Shown piece after piece: positions 26,510-38,299 of a stretch of 64,000 nt of DNA. Origin of the DNA: Sphagnum compactum (Eukaryota); NCBI GenBank assembly GCA_965153455.1, contig OZ234493.1:26402213-26466212 (forward strand), read 5' to 3'. The position numbers were made by a program, and so were the translations under genes. The first letter of the stretch is position 1. Each line of letters opens with the position of its first letter. The notes beneath the pieces were generated by a model that saw only the letters and a program-made list of their open reading frames with translations, was not told where the DNA came from and did not search any database.

Positions 26510-27210
26510 AGCCTCCCAAGTCCATTTTTTTTTTTTTCCCATGTGTGATTTTTAAAAAACCGAACATTTGAAAACCCCCAAAATAGAACTTTCTCCCTTT
26601 GGCCGTCCCCTTTGGCCCACCTACGTAGGTGAGAAGGGGGAGAACTTTGGGCAGACCATATCGGATAAGATTGTGATGCTTGGGGAACACATTGGGAACA
26701 TGCATGAACGCTATATTTTTTAAAAATCTATGCTCACACACCTGCCCCCCCAAAGGAAAAAACAAGAGCTCTCGTGAGTGCATGTTTAGCTGTCTCATTG
26801 GTTACGTGCAAATTCTATTGCTAAAATTAGTTTTCACCATTTTTGGTCTGAGCTAATACCCCTTCCTAAGAATGTTGGTACCTGTTTATTAGTTGTATTA
26901 ACTAGTTGTGAGGTGTCCAAAGTGATTTTCTTTTTTGTGATGGGACTCTTTGATCAGCTCATCACCCCCAAAAAAATCACTCTATGGACACTCCTACACT
27001 AAAAGATTGTGTGGTTATTTTGTTTGGTCTAAGTATATAGGTTACAAGGGTAGAATTTTGGCCAATGGATACGGAATAAAGTGTGGTGCTATTGGGAACA
27101 TCTTTGAAAACACATGAGAACTTGGGGGGAACGCTCAAGGAGCATCATTGGGAACCATCAGGAACATACTAGAAACATGGTGAGAATGCCAAAATTACCA
27201 CCTCAAAAGA
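26510..27210 (+). repeat. Interspersed repeat family B, two adjacent copies
   Basis: gggaacacattgggaac...gagtgcatg.t.agc..t.ccattgg...caccatttttgg.ctg.gctaataccc, shared with 51420-51640. Confidence 0.7.
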
Positions 27211-28504
27211 AAAGAAACTTGAGGATGGAGGCCTAAGCACAACTTTGATTGGGTTTGGTTTGTAAACGCTCTTGCCTCCTCTTCTTCTCCTCCTTCCTCT
27301 TTTGTGTTTGGCTTGCAAGAACTTTATATTATTATAAACCTATCACCGGTCCAATCCAAACCTACTGAAAAGAAAGTGAAAAAAAATGTGGAACTTGCCT
27401 TCACTAAGAGTTTGTGGGTTGGGTGTACCAGCCTTACAAGTTACAACACAAGTTGCTTCAGGCAGATTTCAGGAGCATGTTGAGTGTCCTCAAGTTGATG
27501 ACTTCCTTCCAGGCATGGACACCTTGCCTCATATAACTTACGCATCCATCCTAAATTGGAGGTAGAACTCCCCTGGTCTTTGGCCTTTGAATTTTAGGTC
27601 GCTCCTCTTACAAAACAGGAAACATGCTCTGAAGAACACGAGAATAATACACGAGAATAATACTACGTAGCAGACAAGCAGAAGAGGATAATCTGAAAAG
27701 AAGAAGACTGATTCAAACTCACTTGTGTAACGTGTTTTTTGGGAACTTTATTTTCTTCCCGCACACCACCCAGTTTCTTCTTCGGTTTTTTTTTTCTTTC
27801 GAAACTTTCCCCCCCTCCCACCTACTAACCCCCACCGTCCCTCACCAACCTACTCACCTATAATAAATGTGCTACTTTTATCCACACCCATCTATTTATC
27901 TACCTACCTGCCCTTCCACCTTCTTACCTACCAACATTTTAGGTAGGTACCTACCGAACCCCACCTACATGGCACACCTACTTACCAAGTTGCCACTCCA
28001 ACAGATCCCCAACAGCCAAAAACAATGAGGAAAAACAATTTGAAGGTATTGCATGAAACTTGTATAAGGGTATTGTAGATAAACCACCCGTGAAGGTATT
28101 GCAAACTCAATGGATATGTCCAAGGAATATGGAGCTCTAATTTAGTTTATGTGCATTTAATTTATATTGTGTTCAGGTTCATTTAGGCCTAGTTCAAGAA
28201 ATTTGATTTGTTTATTTTAATGGTGTACTTAAACAATGTGAATTAGAATTTGCCATATTATTATGTTATTTATGTTATTTAGCATTAGGATTCTTGAATT
28301 TAGGGATATGGAGAAAACATTTTTTTTAATTTTTTGCACTTTTTAAGCTTTATTAAAATCAAACCTAATGTGAATTTTGAGGGCAAGTTGAGATTTGCAC
28401 ACATATGCCACAAGACATTTTTTTTTAACTTTCTTTTTCAAGGAGAGTGGGGAAAATCTCATGTTGATAAACACATACCATGGCTTCCATTCATTTTAGC
28501 TATT

Positions 28505-29175
28505 GGAAGGGTATTGCATAACCCACCAAAAGCTAAAAGAAAAACAATACTTACATCAGGGTATTTTATAAACATCATGGGCTGAATTATTTTAGTTTAC
28601 ACTATCGAAGGGGTATTACTCACAACTAGAACTACTCAATGAATGTGAAATACCCCTTTTAAGGTATCTCAAAAATATTTCAAGCTCCATAACATATATT
28701 TTGAAACTTGGAAAGGTATTATATAACCTTACCAAAATTTAAAAAGAAAGCAATACCCGCACTAAGGTATTTTAAACATTATAGGCTGAATTATTTTGGT
28801 TTGGGCTATCGGAAGGGTATTGCTAATGCCAAAAACTACTCAATGCACATATAATACCCCGATTAGGGTATCTAACAAATCTTTTAAGTTTTATAACACA
28901 TCTTTTGAAACTTGGATGGGTATTACATAGCCCTACCAAAATATATAAGGAAAGAAATACCTTCATTGGAGTATTCTATAAACATCATGAGCTAAATTAT
29001 TTTTGTTTAGACTATCGGTGGGGTATTGCTCATGGCCAAAACTACTCAATGCACATGCATTACCCTTCTTTGGGTATCCTATAAATCCATTGGGCTTCAT
29101 AACATATCTTTTGAAACTTGGAGGGGTATTACATAACCCTACCAAAACTTAGAAGGAAAGCAATACTTACATCAT
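28505..29175. repeat. Tandem repeat, ~205-bp unit x ~3.2, inside a probable non-autonomous element beginning near 27730
   Basis: ggtatt..ata.ccc.accaaaa restarts at ~28510, ~28715, ~28918 and ~29124; ctatcg..gggtatt...actactcaatg recurs in each full unit. Confidence 0.85.
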
Positions 29176-29224
29176 CTTACAATAATATTTTAAACCACGA
29201 ACCAAAAAAATATTTAAAAACCTA

Positions 29225-30820
29225 TTTATTGCATGCCATACATAATGAATCAAGTAAACAAACATATAATTGCAAAGTTGGTCACATTGATGGTAGAAGG
29301 TAAACTTGAGCAAAATTATGGAGTTTAATGGAATACCCACACCATATTGGGATAATTTCATTAATTGTGAAACATAAGAATTTTCTTAAAAACTTATTCC
29401 ATGTTCAATATATCATGCCATACATATTGAATCAAGTAAATGATGCTATTGCAAAGTTCGACACATAAGAATTTTTTTAAATATTTGATTCCCCCCATCA
29501 CATCATGAAATTCATGTTTTCAAAATTATTTGTTCACCTTACAATATGATTTAATATATATACAATGAAGGTAATTCAAAATTGGTTACATTGACGGTAA
29601 AAGGGTTTAAGCTTTAATGTGAATGTTTTATTACTTAATGTTAGAATTCAAATTTTTTTGAAATAAAAAAATTCATTCTTAACACTTCTTCAATGATGTA
29701 CATATTTCTGTTTTTCCCTTTATAAAGTTGTAAACTTTTTTCAAGAAACAAAAAATTAAAGTTTCTTATTTAATAAAATTCTAATGGTCGTTTTTAAAAA
29801 AACCTTAAAGCACATGATTTTCTACTTTTTTTGATGGTTCACATAATAATAGAAAATGATATCTCTCCCCTAATATATTAATTCTATGTATGATTGATTT
29901 TTTTAAAAACGTATAGTATTGGTTTAAAAATTGGTCTAAATTAATTATATATAACTAATATAATATTAAATTATAATTTTGATTCATTTTATTACATATA
30001 ATATCTTCATATTTATTTAAATTAGGATAATAATTCATTATATATATATAAGCCCATGGCTATGTATAGTGCAATTTAATTTTAAAGAGAATTTTAAAAC
30101 TCCAAAACATAAATTATTATTATTGTATTTTTTATGAATGCATGTAATTTAATATTAATTCTATGTAAATTTTAGTTAAAATATATATCAAATAATGATA
30201 TACTTAATTAATGTGTGAAATTATAATGTTGATTGATTTCAATACATATAATGTCTTTTTTATTTTTTTAATTTCTTAGAAATTTTAATTAAAAATAAAT
30301 ATAGTTGAAATACATTTTCAAACTCATAAATGATGAAAATTGTTTAGTGGACCAATGCAAAATGGTAAATATATTTAAATGAGGGTATTGCAATATTTAT
30401 CACATTGATGTTATAAGGTACTTGAATAACGTTGTGAAGTGTAACTACAATACCTTCACTCATTGTAATAATTTCATTAACCATGAAACAAATTAATTTT
30501 TTTTTACATACTTAGTCCATGTTCGATATATCATGACATACATATTAATTCAAGAAATTGAGGGTATTGCAAAATTGGTCACATTGATGGTAAAAGGTAA
30601 CTTGAACAAAGTTATGAAATATAAATGCAATACCCGTATTGTAATGTGATAATTCTATTGACCATGAAACATAAGAACATTTTTAAATATTTGATTGATT
30701 TGCAATATTTAATGAAATTCATATTTTGACAATTATATGTTCATCTTAGAATATGACTTACTATATATAAATGAAGGAAGTTCAAATTTGGTCACATTGA
30801 ATATAATAGGGTTTAAGGTT
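29225..30820. repeat. Dispersed ~180-bp degenerate repeats (ttgcaaa.ttggtcacattgatggta)
   Basis: Copies at ~29230-29400, ~29400-29600, ~30380-30530 and ~30530-30820. Confidence 0.65.
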
Positions 30821-31084
30821 TAAGACAAATACATCAAATTGGGCACAGATTGGTCACAAATATTTGTTCACCTTATAATGTGATTTTGTCATTTAGAGTT
30901 TTAAGTTAATTAGGACATGTAAATGAGAATATTGGTAAATGATATGTTTTGAAAAAAGTTGTGAACTTTGATTGCAAAACTCACATCTTTGTGTGATAAA
31001 ATTCCATACCTGCGAATGTTTCTAAGTTCCCTGGGAAAATTGGCAGACTAATTTTTTTGTTATCTCTTACATTTGGTTTGGCTC

Positions 31085-31370
31085 AGTTTTTCTTTTTCTT
31101 TTTTTCAATTTTGTGATGTTGTGAAGTGGTGATTATGCATATGATGAATTAACCAAATCTGACTATGAACAAAATATGAAAGTAAAAATTATAATAATTC
31201 TCTCTTGTTGTCTTTGGGGCTACTGATTAGAACATGACATAGAATCTGGTGGATTAAAAATAATTAATTCTTTCAACATTTGGCCACTAGAAAACCCAAA
31301 AGGCCCTTTATTCCTCACCATTTAAAAAAATAATCGCCAATTCCTAAAATTCGCCCAAAAAAGAACGCTT
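31085..31370 (-). mobile_element. MITE family A-related copy
   Basis: tcaattttgtgatgt...gtgg..at.at is the reverse complement of the family 3' end; aatcgccaa/attcgccc motifs. Confidence 0.6.
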
Positions 31371-32936
31371 CGACTTCGGCTTACTGGCCTCTCCTAGTGA
31401 CATGCTACGACTCTAGGAGGCATAATGTGGCCTTCATTGTACACCCTCTAAGACAATATAAAGGCATGTGGCGGACTCCAGCTTTGATAAATTATGTGGA
31501 AATTGCACCTGAGGAGAAGGTTTGTAACTTGCAGGGAGACTGTAATTGATAGACTGAAGACCTAATTGCTTTGAGAGTCAAAAGTTGTTCTCGGGTAAGA
31601 AGGGTGGGAAGGAGAAGGGGGCGTTTCTGAAGCTTACTTAGGAACTTCTAGCTCCCCCCCCCTTCAAAAGGAAAAAGAAACCATAGTCCAGAAGTTGCAT
31701 AGGGAAGACCCTAAATACCCCCTAACGACTGTTCAGGTTTGATGAACATTCGTCAGCAAGCACGTTGTTGATAACACCAAAACAGGGATACCATAGGCTA
31801 CGGAGGCAACCCGTGAAGTTTTAAGTAGGTGCCATGTTTAAGTTGTGGCAATAGCAGTTATTTTCATGATCTCATGGTCAAAAACAGTGGTCACAAACAA
31901 ATTGCAGAATAGGGTGAAAAAAAGGGGGCAGGGCAAGACAAAAGCAAAGTGCACGAGAAGTGCGCATGTTTGTAAATAGGTAAGATATTATTGAACTGTT
32001 AGTTCACTCAATATAACTAAGAAAACAAATTCAGACCACCAAATCAAGCCAATATATAAATAAATATTGATTATATTCCAAAATATTGATTATTGATTAT
32101 ATACAATATATATTGGAATATAATCAATATTATTGAGTATATTTGGTTATTGTTTATTGATTATTGATTATATTCCAAAATATTGATTTGGGATCACAAT
32201 ATTGAAAATAATGATCTCTTTCTATCACTTTCATTGGGTTCTCTAAAATTTTCACAAACCTACCAAGTCCCTATTACACATTTAACTATTAATTCACTCA
32301 CCATAACTGGGAAAAGAATAATTCAGACAACTAAAAACCAGCAATTTAATTCGCCATCACAGTTTTTGTTCACACCTACACACAGCCTATTCCAACACCC
32401 TTGGTATATTATTGGTAGACTAAGTAGCACCTTTATCGTTCAGGCATCTTCTTAATGAATATTTTTTTCTTTTTCCCACTATGGCATTAAAAATAATTAT
32501 TTAAAAAATATTCTTATAGTGAAGGTGGAAAAAAATGCCAACGAATTTTGCACTACCTACTAATGCACACTGCACCACCAAGTTTTAGTGCAGACAATCA
32601 ATAAACAAAATTCTAAAACTTTTGCTTTAGAATTTTTAAAATTATTGCCTGAATGGTAAAGCTATTACTATGGTATACTATACCCCCCAATACAAACAGA
32701 GTTAATAATAATAATAAAATAGAGAAAGCTACAAGTTACTTCCCCTACTTAATTTCCTATTACTTAAACCCTTGAACTGAAAATTGGTTCAAAGCATGTG
32801 ACATGCCTTGACGCAACGTGTGGCTTGTTTCATTAGTGAACGTGTCTTTTGAATGCTCCTCCTTTGGATTGTTGTATCCGGGAGGGAACGTGTCTCAAAT
32901 TCTGGGCAAAGAAAGATAGAAAGAAAGCACAGGTCC

Positions 32937-33226
32937 CAGTAGCCTTTTTATCAGTGGCTATATATAGCCAGTAGTCTATATTATAAAAAACATTAAAAGT
33001 GCTAAAATCAAGTGCTTTTTGAGATTTTCAATAGCCATAATTCGATCAGAATTTAAGAAAAATCGCCAGATTTCTACACATGGTTCAGGTATGTAGCCAA
33101 AAATACTTTAGAAAGGTTTTTTAAATTACAATTTTCAAATTTAGCTTGTAGCCAAATCTGGTTAAATCTTCTTGTGGATCATCACCACTTTGGCTTCAAC
33201 ACAAAACTGACCCAATCAAAACACTG
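32937..33226 (+). mobile_element. MITE family A copy
   Basis: cagtagccttttt ... aaaacactg ends; internal aatcgccagattt, gtagccaaa, ccactttggct. Confidence 0.75.
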
Positions 33227-33254
33227 GGCTACCCCCCCCCCCCCCCCCCCAGCC

Positions 33255-33571
33255 CAGCGCTTTTTTGACTGGCGAAATTTCGCCAAAAAGAGAAATTAAA
33301 ATTAAAATATCGAAAAAGAAGTGATTTTGGAGGTTTTTAGTTGGCAGCAGTGAGGGGGAAAAAAAGGTAAAAATCGCCAGATTCATATACTTGGTTTTCA
33401 ATCGTGTAGCCAAAAAACATAGAAGAAGGATGATTGAAGATTTAAAATTATTTCTGGTTTATAGCCAGATTTGGCTAAAGTCTTCCTAGGAGTGATTGCC
33501 TCTTTTTCTACATCTTGCTATGGATGATGAGCACTTTGGCTACATCACAAAATTGACCGAAAAAGGCGCTG
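33255..33571 (+). mobile_element. MITE family A copy abutting the start of the 34329 gene
   Basis: TIR cagcgcttttt / aaaaaggcgctg; ggcgaaatttcgcc palindrome; family core motifs. Confidence 0.85.
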
Positions 33572-34328
33572 GGCGGCCCAAAGCCAGAATATGCGTGGCC
33601 GTTTCCAGCTTCCCGGATTTGTTCCTTCGTGACGACGACGACGACCTAGAGCTAGTTGTCGGTTACCTATGCTCTTTTGCGCTTTTCTTTCTTTCTTTCT
33701 TTCTTGTTTTGCCTTTGGTCTTCCCCGCATGTCGTTGAAACTCGAAATTTCCAGCAGCCATGGCCGGCAATTGCTGCCACTGCTACATCTTGTTCCCACC
33801 ATATCTGCTCGATTTTTCCTCCTCTTTTTTCTAATCCGTTTCCCGCGTTGTTGCTCGCTCGCTCGCTCTATATCCAAAGATAAAAGTCACGGCAAGAATA
33901 GAATATGACTTGCCTCACTGTGTATGTCTCTATCTATTCATTCATGTCGGTTTTTCTCTGTGTTGTTTCACGTTCTTCTACCGTAGGTTTGATATTTCAT
34001 CCGCTTTGCCTTCCAAGTCCTTCAGGTTTTTGTCTCACGAGTGTTGTGAAATTACGTTTGCCCTGTTGTTGAGCGTTTTTTGTGTGTAGAAAGATTTCAT
34101 GTAAGAACACGAGAACCGTCTTTTGGTGGATAGTCTGGCCCAGCGTGTGGTTGTTTGATGTAAGAACACGGGAGATGAACTCTGGTATCAGGGATTGTTG
34201 ATTGCAGTCGTAGCGAGAGCGAGAGGTGATTCGAAATTGGTGATTGTAGACGCTTCTTGTAGAGTGTGGGTGAGCGTTCTGTAGACAGTTCATACACAAT
34301 ATCCAGAGTCAAGCTGGGAACTGTGAAC
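33572..34328 (+). promoter_or_regulatory. CpG-rich promoter and long 5' leader of the 34329 gene, with probable leader intron(s) and uORFs
   Basis: GGCCCA site-II-like motif at ~33575; CT-rich leader; candidate acceptors at 33986 and 34262; ATGTAA at 34099 and 34158; 8-codon uORF at 34175-34201. Confidence 0.55.
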
Positions 34329-34829
34329 ATGGTGCAAGAGTCGGGATCTTCTTTGGAGCATACTTCGTGTTTCGACACAGTCATGGCCTCCGTAGAATCT
34401 GAAACTGGCACGCAGTACGCGGTGACTTCAGCCGCCGGTGCTCCTTCTTCTGGTAGCCGAGAAGCGTCGAGGAAGGTAAATAAGGAAGTTTCTGTCCTGC
34501 AAAATTCCGAAGGCGAAGCCCCTGTGCTCCACAGCTGCGTCCTACGGTTGCGGGTTGAAGATCGGCTTCTTGCGGAGGATGTGAGAGAGTCGCTGGAGCC
34601 TTCCAAAGACAGGTTTGTGGCAAACCAGCTTGCTTCTCAAGTGGAGGATCTATTCATCTGGACGTCCCCCAGGCCTGCCCCTCCCTCTCCTCTAGGCACG
34701 AACACAAGCAGCGCCAATTACTCTTCTCTGGTGTGGCAGACACGGATGCTCAATCGGACATGGAATTTGCCATCTGCTGCTCCCTTTCATCTGGCCAAAA
34801 ATTCAGCAACGTCAATCCTGCAACATTAG
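34329..34829 (+). CDS. Uncharacterised plant protein, 166 aa (alternative start ATG 34383)
   Basis: GC-rich ORF from the first in-frame ATG. LHSCVLRLRVEDRLLAED ... PRPAPPSPLG recalls a small uncharacterised land-plant family (VHSQVLRI.EED..LGED ... P.SPLG; from memory). Confidence 0.7.
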   Translation: MVQESGSSLEHTSCFDTVMASVESETGTQYAVTSAAGAPSSGSREASRKVNKEVSVLQNSEGEAPVLHSCVLRLRVEDRLLAEDVRESLEPSKDRFVANQLASQVEDLFIWTSPRPAPPSPLGTNTSSANYSSLVWQTRMLNRTWNLPSAAPFHLAKNSATSILQH

Positions 34830-37800
34830 GGATTCCTGTTGCAAACGATCTGACAAGGCGAATATTCAAGTGTGTACTTCTTAGCTTTGGCAGCGAACTT
34901 CATGTAAATTTCCCGTTCGGTCAATCTTGCACATCGCGGCGATCGCTGGTTTGCGGTCCCTGACCGCCGCGCTCTTCGGATCAAAGACAAAATATTCCAC
35001 TGAACTTGAAGTCGCAACTCGCAACTTAGTTTTTTCTGCAAGTCGTCCATGGAGATTGTCTCCTACGGTTCGTGTCTGCTGCTGTACGAACTAAGGCCGG
35101 GAGAGCACTCAGAACACACGCAGATCAGGTTCTTGACCTGTAACACTAAACGAAGATTGGATTCTGTTTGTAAATCAAGAATTAGTCACGAGGCTGATTT
35201 TGGATAATGTTGTGTACAAGATCGTTGCCATAAGTACAACAAAAGTACCAAAGAAAACACCGTTTTCTTGTGTTGTCGATCGTTGCTTGCTGCTGTACAA
35301 AATACGCAATTATCAATATATCGTTAGTTGCAAAGTGTACCAAAGATAGGTAGGTTTCTTCTGTGGGGGGTGATTTCTGTTGGTGACTCGGAGATGTAGC
35401 ATTCACTCTCTGTGCTTCCTTGTGTCGTGCTTTCCACAAGCAAGAAACTGGTCCAGGTTCTCACCCCCCCTGTTTATGTCTCTGTTGCATTAGTCACATC
35501 AGACCTATCTACTTTTCTGAAGCAAGTTTCATTGCAACATGTACGATGTGTAAATTATTACAACCCACTTGTTTTTAAACCAACTCCTATCTTTTGAAAG
35601 CAATTCTGTTCAATTCCTTTGAGAAGTTCTTGGTTTGTGATTCCATTTCTGTGAGTGATTTGATTTTGGCCACAATGGTTTCAAGTATCTTGGTAGGGTG
35701 TCATGGCAAGCTTTGTTTTGTAATTTTTTGTTTTCTTTCCAACAAGAACTTCTTTTTGTACCATGTTTGCTTGGTGTCTCCAAGGTGCACAAGACTTTAA
35801 AACAAAATTTGCACATATCATGTAGACAAGTATGTGTGTTCAATCCTCAAACATTTGCAAGGATTTGTAACATGGTAGGTAAGGCCCGTGGACAGGGGCG
35901 TATTTAAGGCACCGTCCCAATACACTGGGAAATCTCTGATATGTCATTACAGATGTGAATTAGCCCTTTGGGCACATCAAATCATTGTGGGAACACCAAC
36001 CAGAACAATTCATAAAATTCATAAACAAAAGGATGGAAAATGAAAGGAGAAACAATAATTAGTTTCTTTCGTTGCAAATTTCACATGAAATTATGTCAAA
36101 AGAAAATGTATCCTGTAATGAGATTTTGGCATATGGAGTTTGTTGCAAAAAGACAGACATGAAGATAATATCGGAGCATTGTCTATACCCAATTGTCACA
36201 TTATTTCATATAACAAAAGCCCATTAAGGATTATGTTTCTTGAAACACCACCCAACAATTGCCTTTTGCAATTTCAAGACATTATTTCCCTTTTCAAGCA
36301 TTATTTCTCTTTTCAATGGACCACCTTTAAAAATCCATCAATTTTTAATCCATATCCATCGTAAATATGGTACTAGTAATATTTAACACTAAAAGAAAAT
36401 CTTGTTGTATTCAAAGACCTCTTGTAGCCCTTCTTTAGTTTTCTCATTGCATAAGTTTGTTTGATCACTAGTTAATTTTTTTACTTACTTAAGATAATTG
36501 ATTGTTTGTTGTGTAGTTTAATATCTTTCAAATATGGCTACTTCATTACATTTTGACACCTATTTGAACTTTGAGCTACTTCACCATTATGAACATCCTA
36601 AAGCTAGAAAAAGTTTGACAAAAGTGTGTGAACATTTGGGGTTTTTAGATGGTCATAAACCCCACCATGAGTTTTTATGTTATCTTGAAAACCATAAAAT
36701 TTATTTTATGGATGGATTTTTGAAGATTTGTTATTCGAAATTATGGGAATTTTTGGAATTATTGCAAGTCTAAAAGGATACTCCTTGAATGATCCTCATA
36801 TTTTTGTTTCTCATCAATCTGAGTGATTTAAAAAGTGTTAAATATTTTCAAATATAAGATTTTATGCCATCATATGTTTAGAACCATCAATATCATTCAT
36901 TTTTTGTTCACATGTACAATGAAATAAAATTAGGAAAAGAGTATATCCCCAATAAATGACACAAATGACTCGATTTTTTATACACCTCCATTGGTTTGAA
37001 CCTATTGAATATTAGTCAAAATTCCAATGAAAAATTGAAACATTTGCATATGTGGTCCATGTGTTAGTGAGACAATTAACACTTAACAATTGAATGTCAC
37101 ACATGTGTATACGGCATGATGCCATGATAGTAAATGTGAAAGGTGAATATGAATGAAAAGGAATCAGAAATAACTGAATGGATGAAATATGAAATATGAC
37201 AAATTGGATGGAAAACCATGTAATGTATGCAGATTAATTTGAAAGAGAATAGAATTCAGAGAAAAGGTCCACCAATCAGCTTGGGTATAACAATGGTGTA
37301 CATATTAAGAATGACATATTTTATTAAGAATGCACTTGTAGCAATGTTGATGACAAAGAATAGGACGATGGTAAGAAGGCATTAATATGTCGAGGAAGTT
37401 GCAAATGGCAATGACACATTAAAGATGAGATGATAGGCAACTTTAGAAGGTCGTTGTAGAAGTGATCAACAACTTGTTTGAAAATGTTGTACACTAAAGA
37501 CTTACAAGAAAATTTCTACTAGATTCTGGAGGCAGTGTAACAGAGTGGAATTTTTCTTTCATAAAAGGCAAGCATTTTGGAAAGCAAAATGCTTGCTCTT
37601 GGTGAGCATTTTGGAAAGCAAAATGTTCATTCCTGGTGGATGTTTCAAAAAGTGAAATGACCACTCCTAGCAAGCATTTCATTTTTTCAAATCCTCCCTC
37701 TTTTTTTTTCATTTTTCCCCACTGTACCCAGTGGATATCCACTACATATATCACAAGGGAAAATGAAAGAAAATCTCATGAGCCTTTATGCAAAGTAACA

Positions 37801-38299
37801 CCCTCAGAGCGGGTGCTTGTTTTGGGAATGTGTTGTTCCTTGGGCATTATCCTACACATAATATCTTAGCTCACTACTTCACTAGGGTTGTGTGCCTTTC
37901 CTATACCACATTAGGCTCTCCTCCACAACGTCCTAGTCCTAAATGAATTATGAAATTAAAGACATGTTTAAAATAGCTATCGAAGTTTGGAGCGCAAGGT
38001 GTCATCTTAGGAAAATGAGATAGTTATTTTAAATGTGTTTTTATTCAAAAGTTATGTTGTTTTGTTTTGCTTTTGCTTGTTTGTTTTAATGTTTTTAGCT
38101 TTGTTTAGCTTAGTTTTCTTTTTCAACTTCTGATTTTTCTTTTTTCATTTTTGGGTTGCAAGGTTATTCTTTCCTTGAATTCATCTACATTCTAACTTGC
38201 ATTTTAACCTTACATTGCACTTCATTTTTGTAAATGCCCTTTGTAAATGATCTTGTAAATTGTACATGTCTTTGTAAGTTTGCTTGTTGGTAGCCTAAA

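Noticed and set aside
28505-29175. Regular repeats as a possible CRISPR array
   Set aside because: Whole ~205-bp units are repeated with no unique spacers; eukaryotic context, no cas genes.
34097-34606. 169-aa minus-strand ORF
   Set aside because: Antisense shadow; the leader and motifs support the plus strand.
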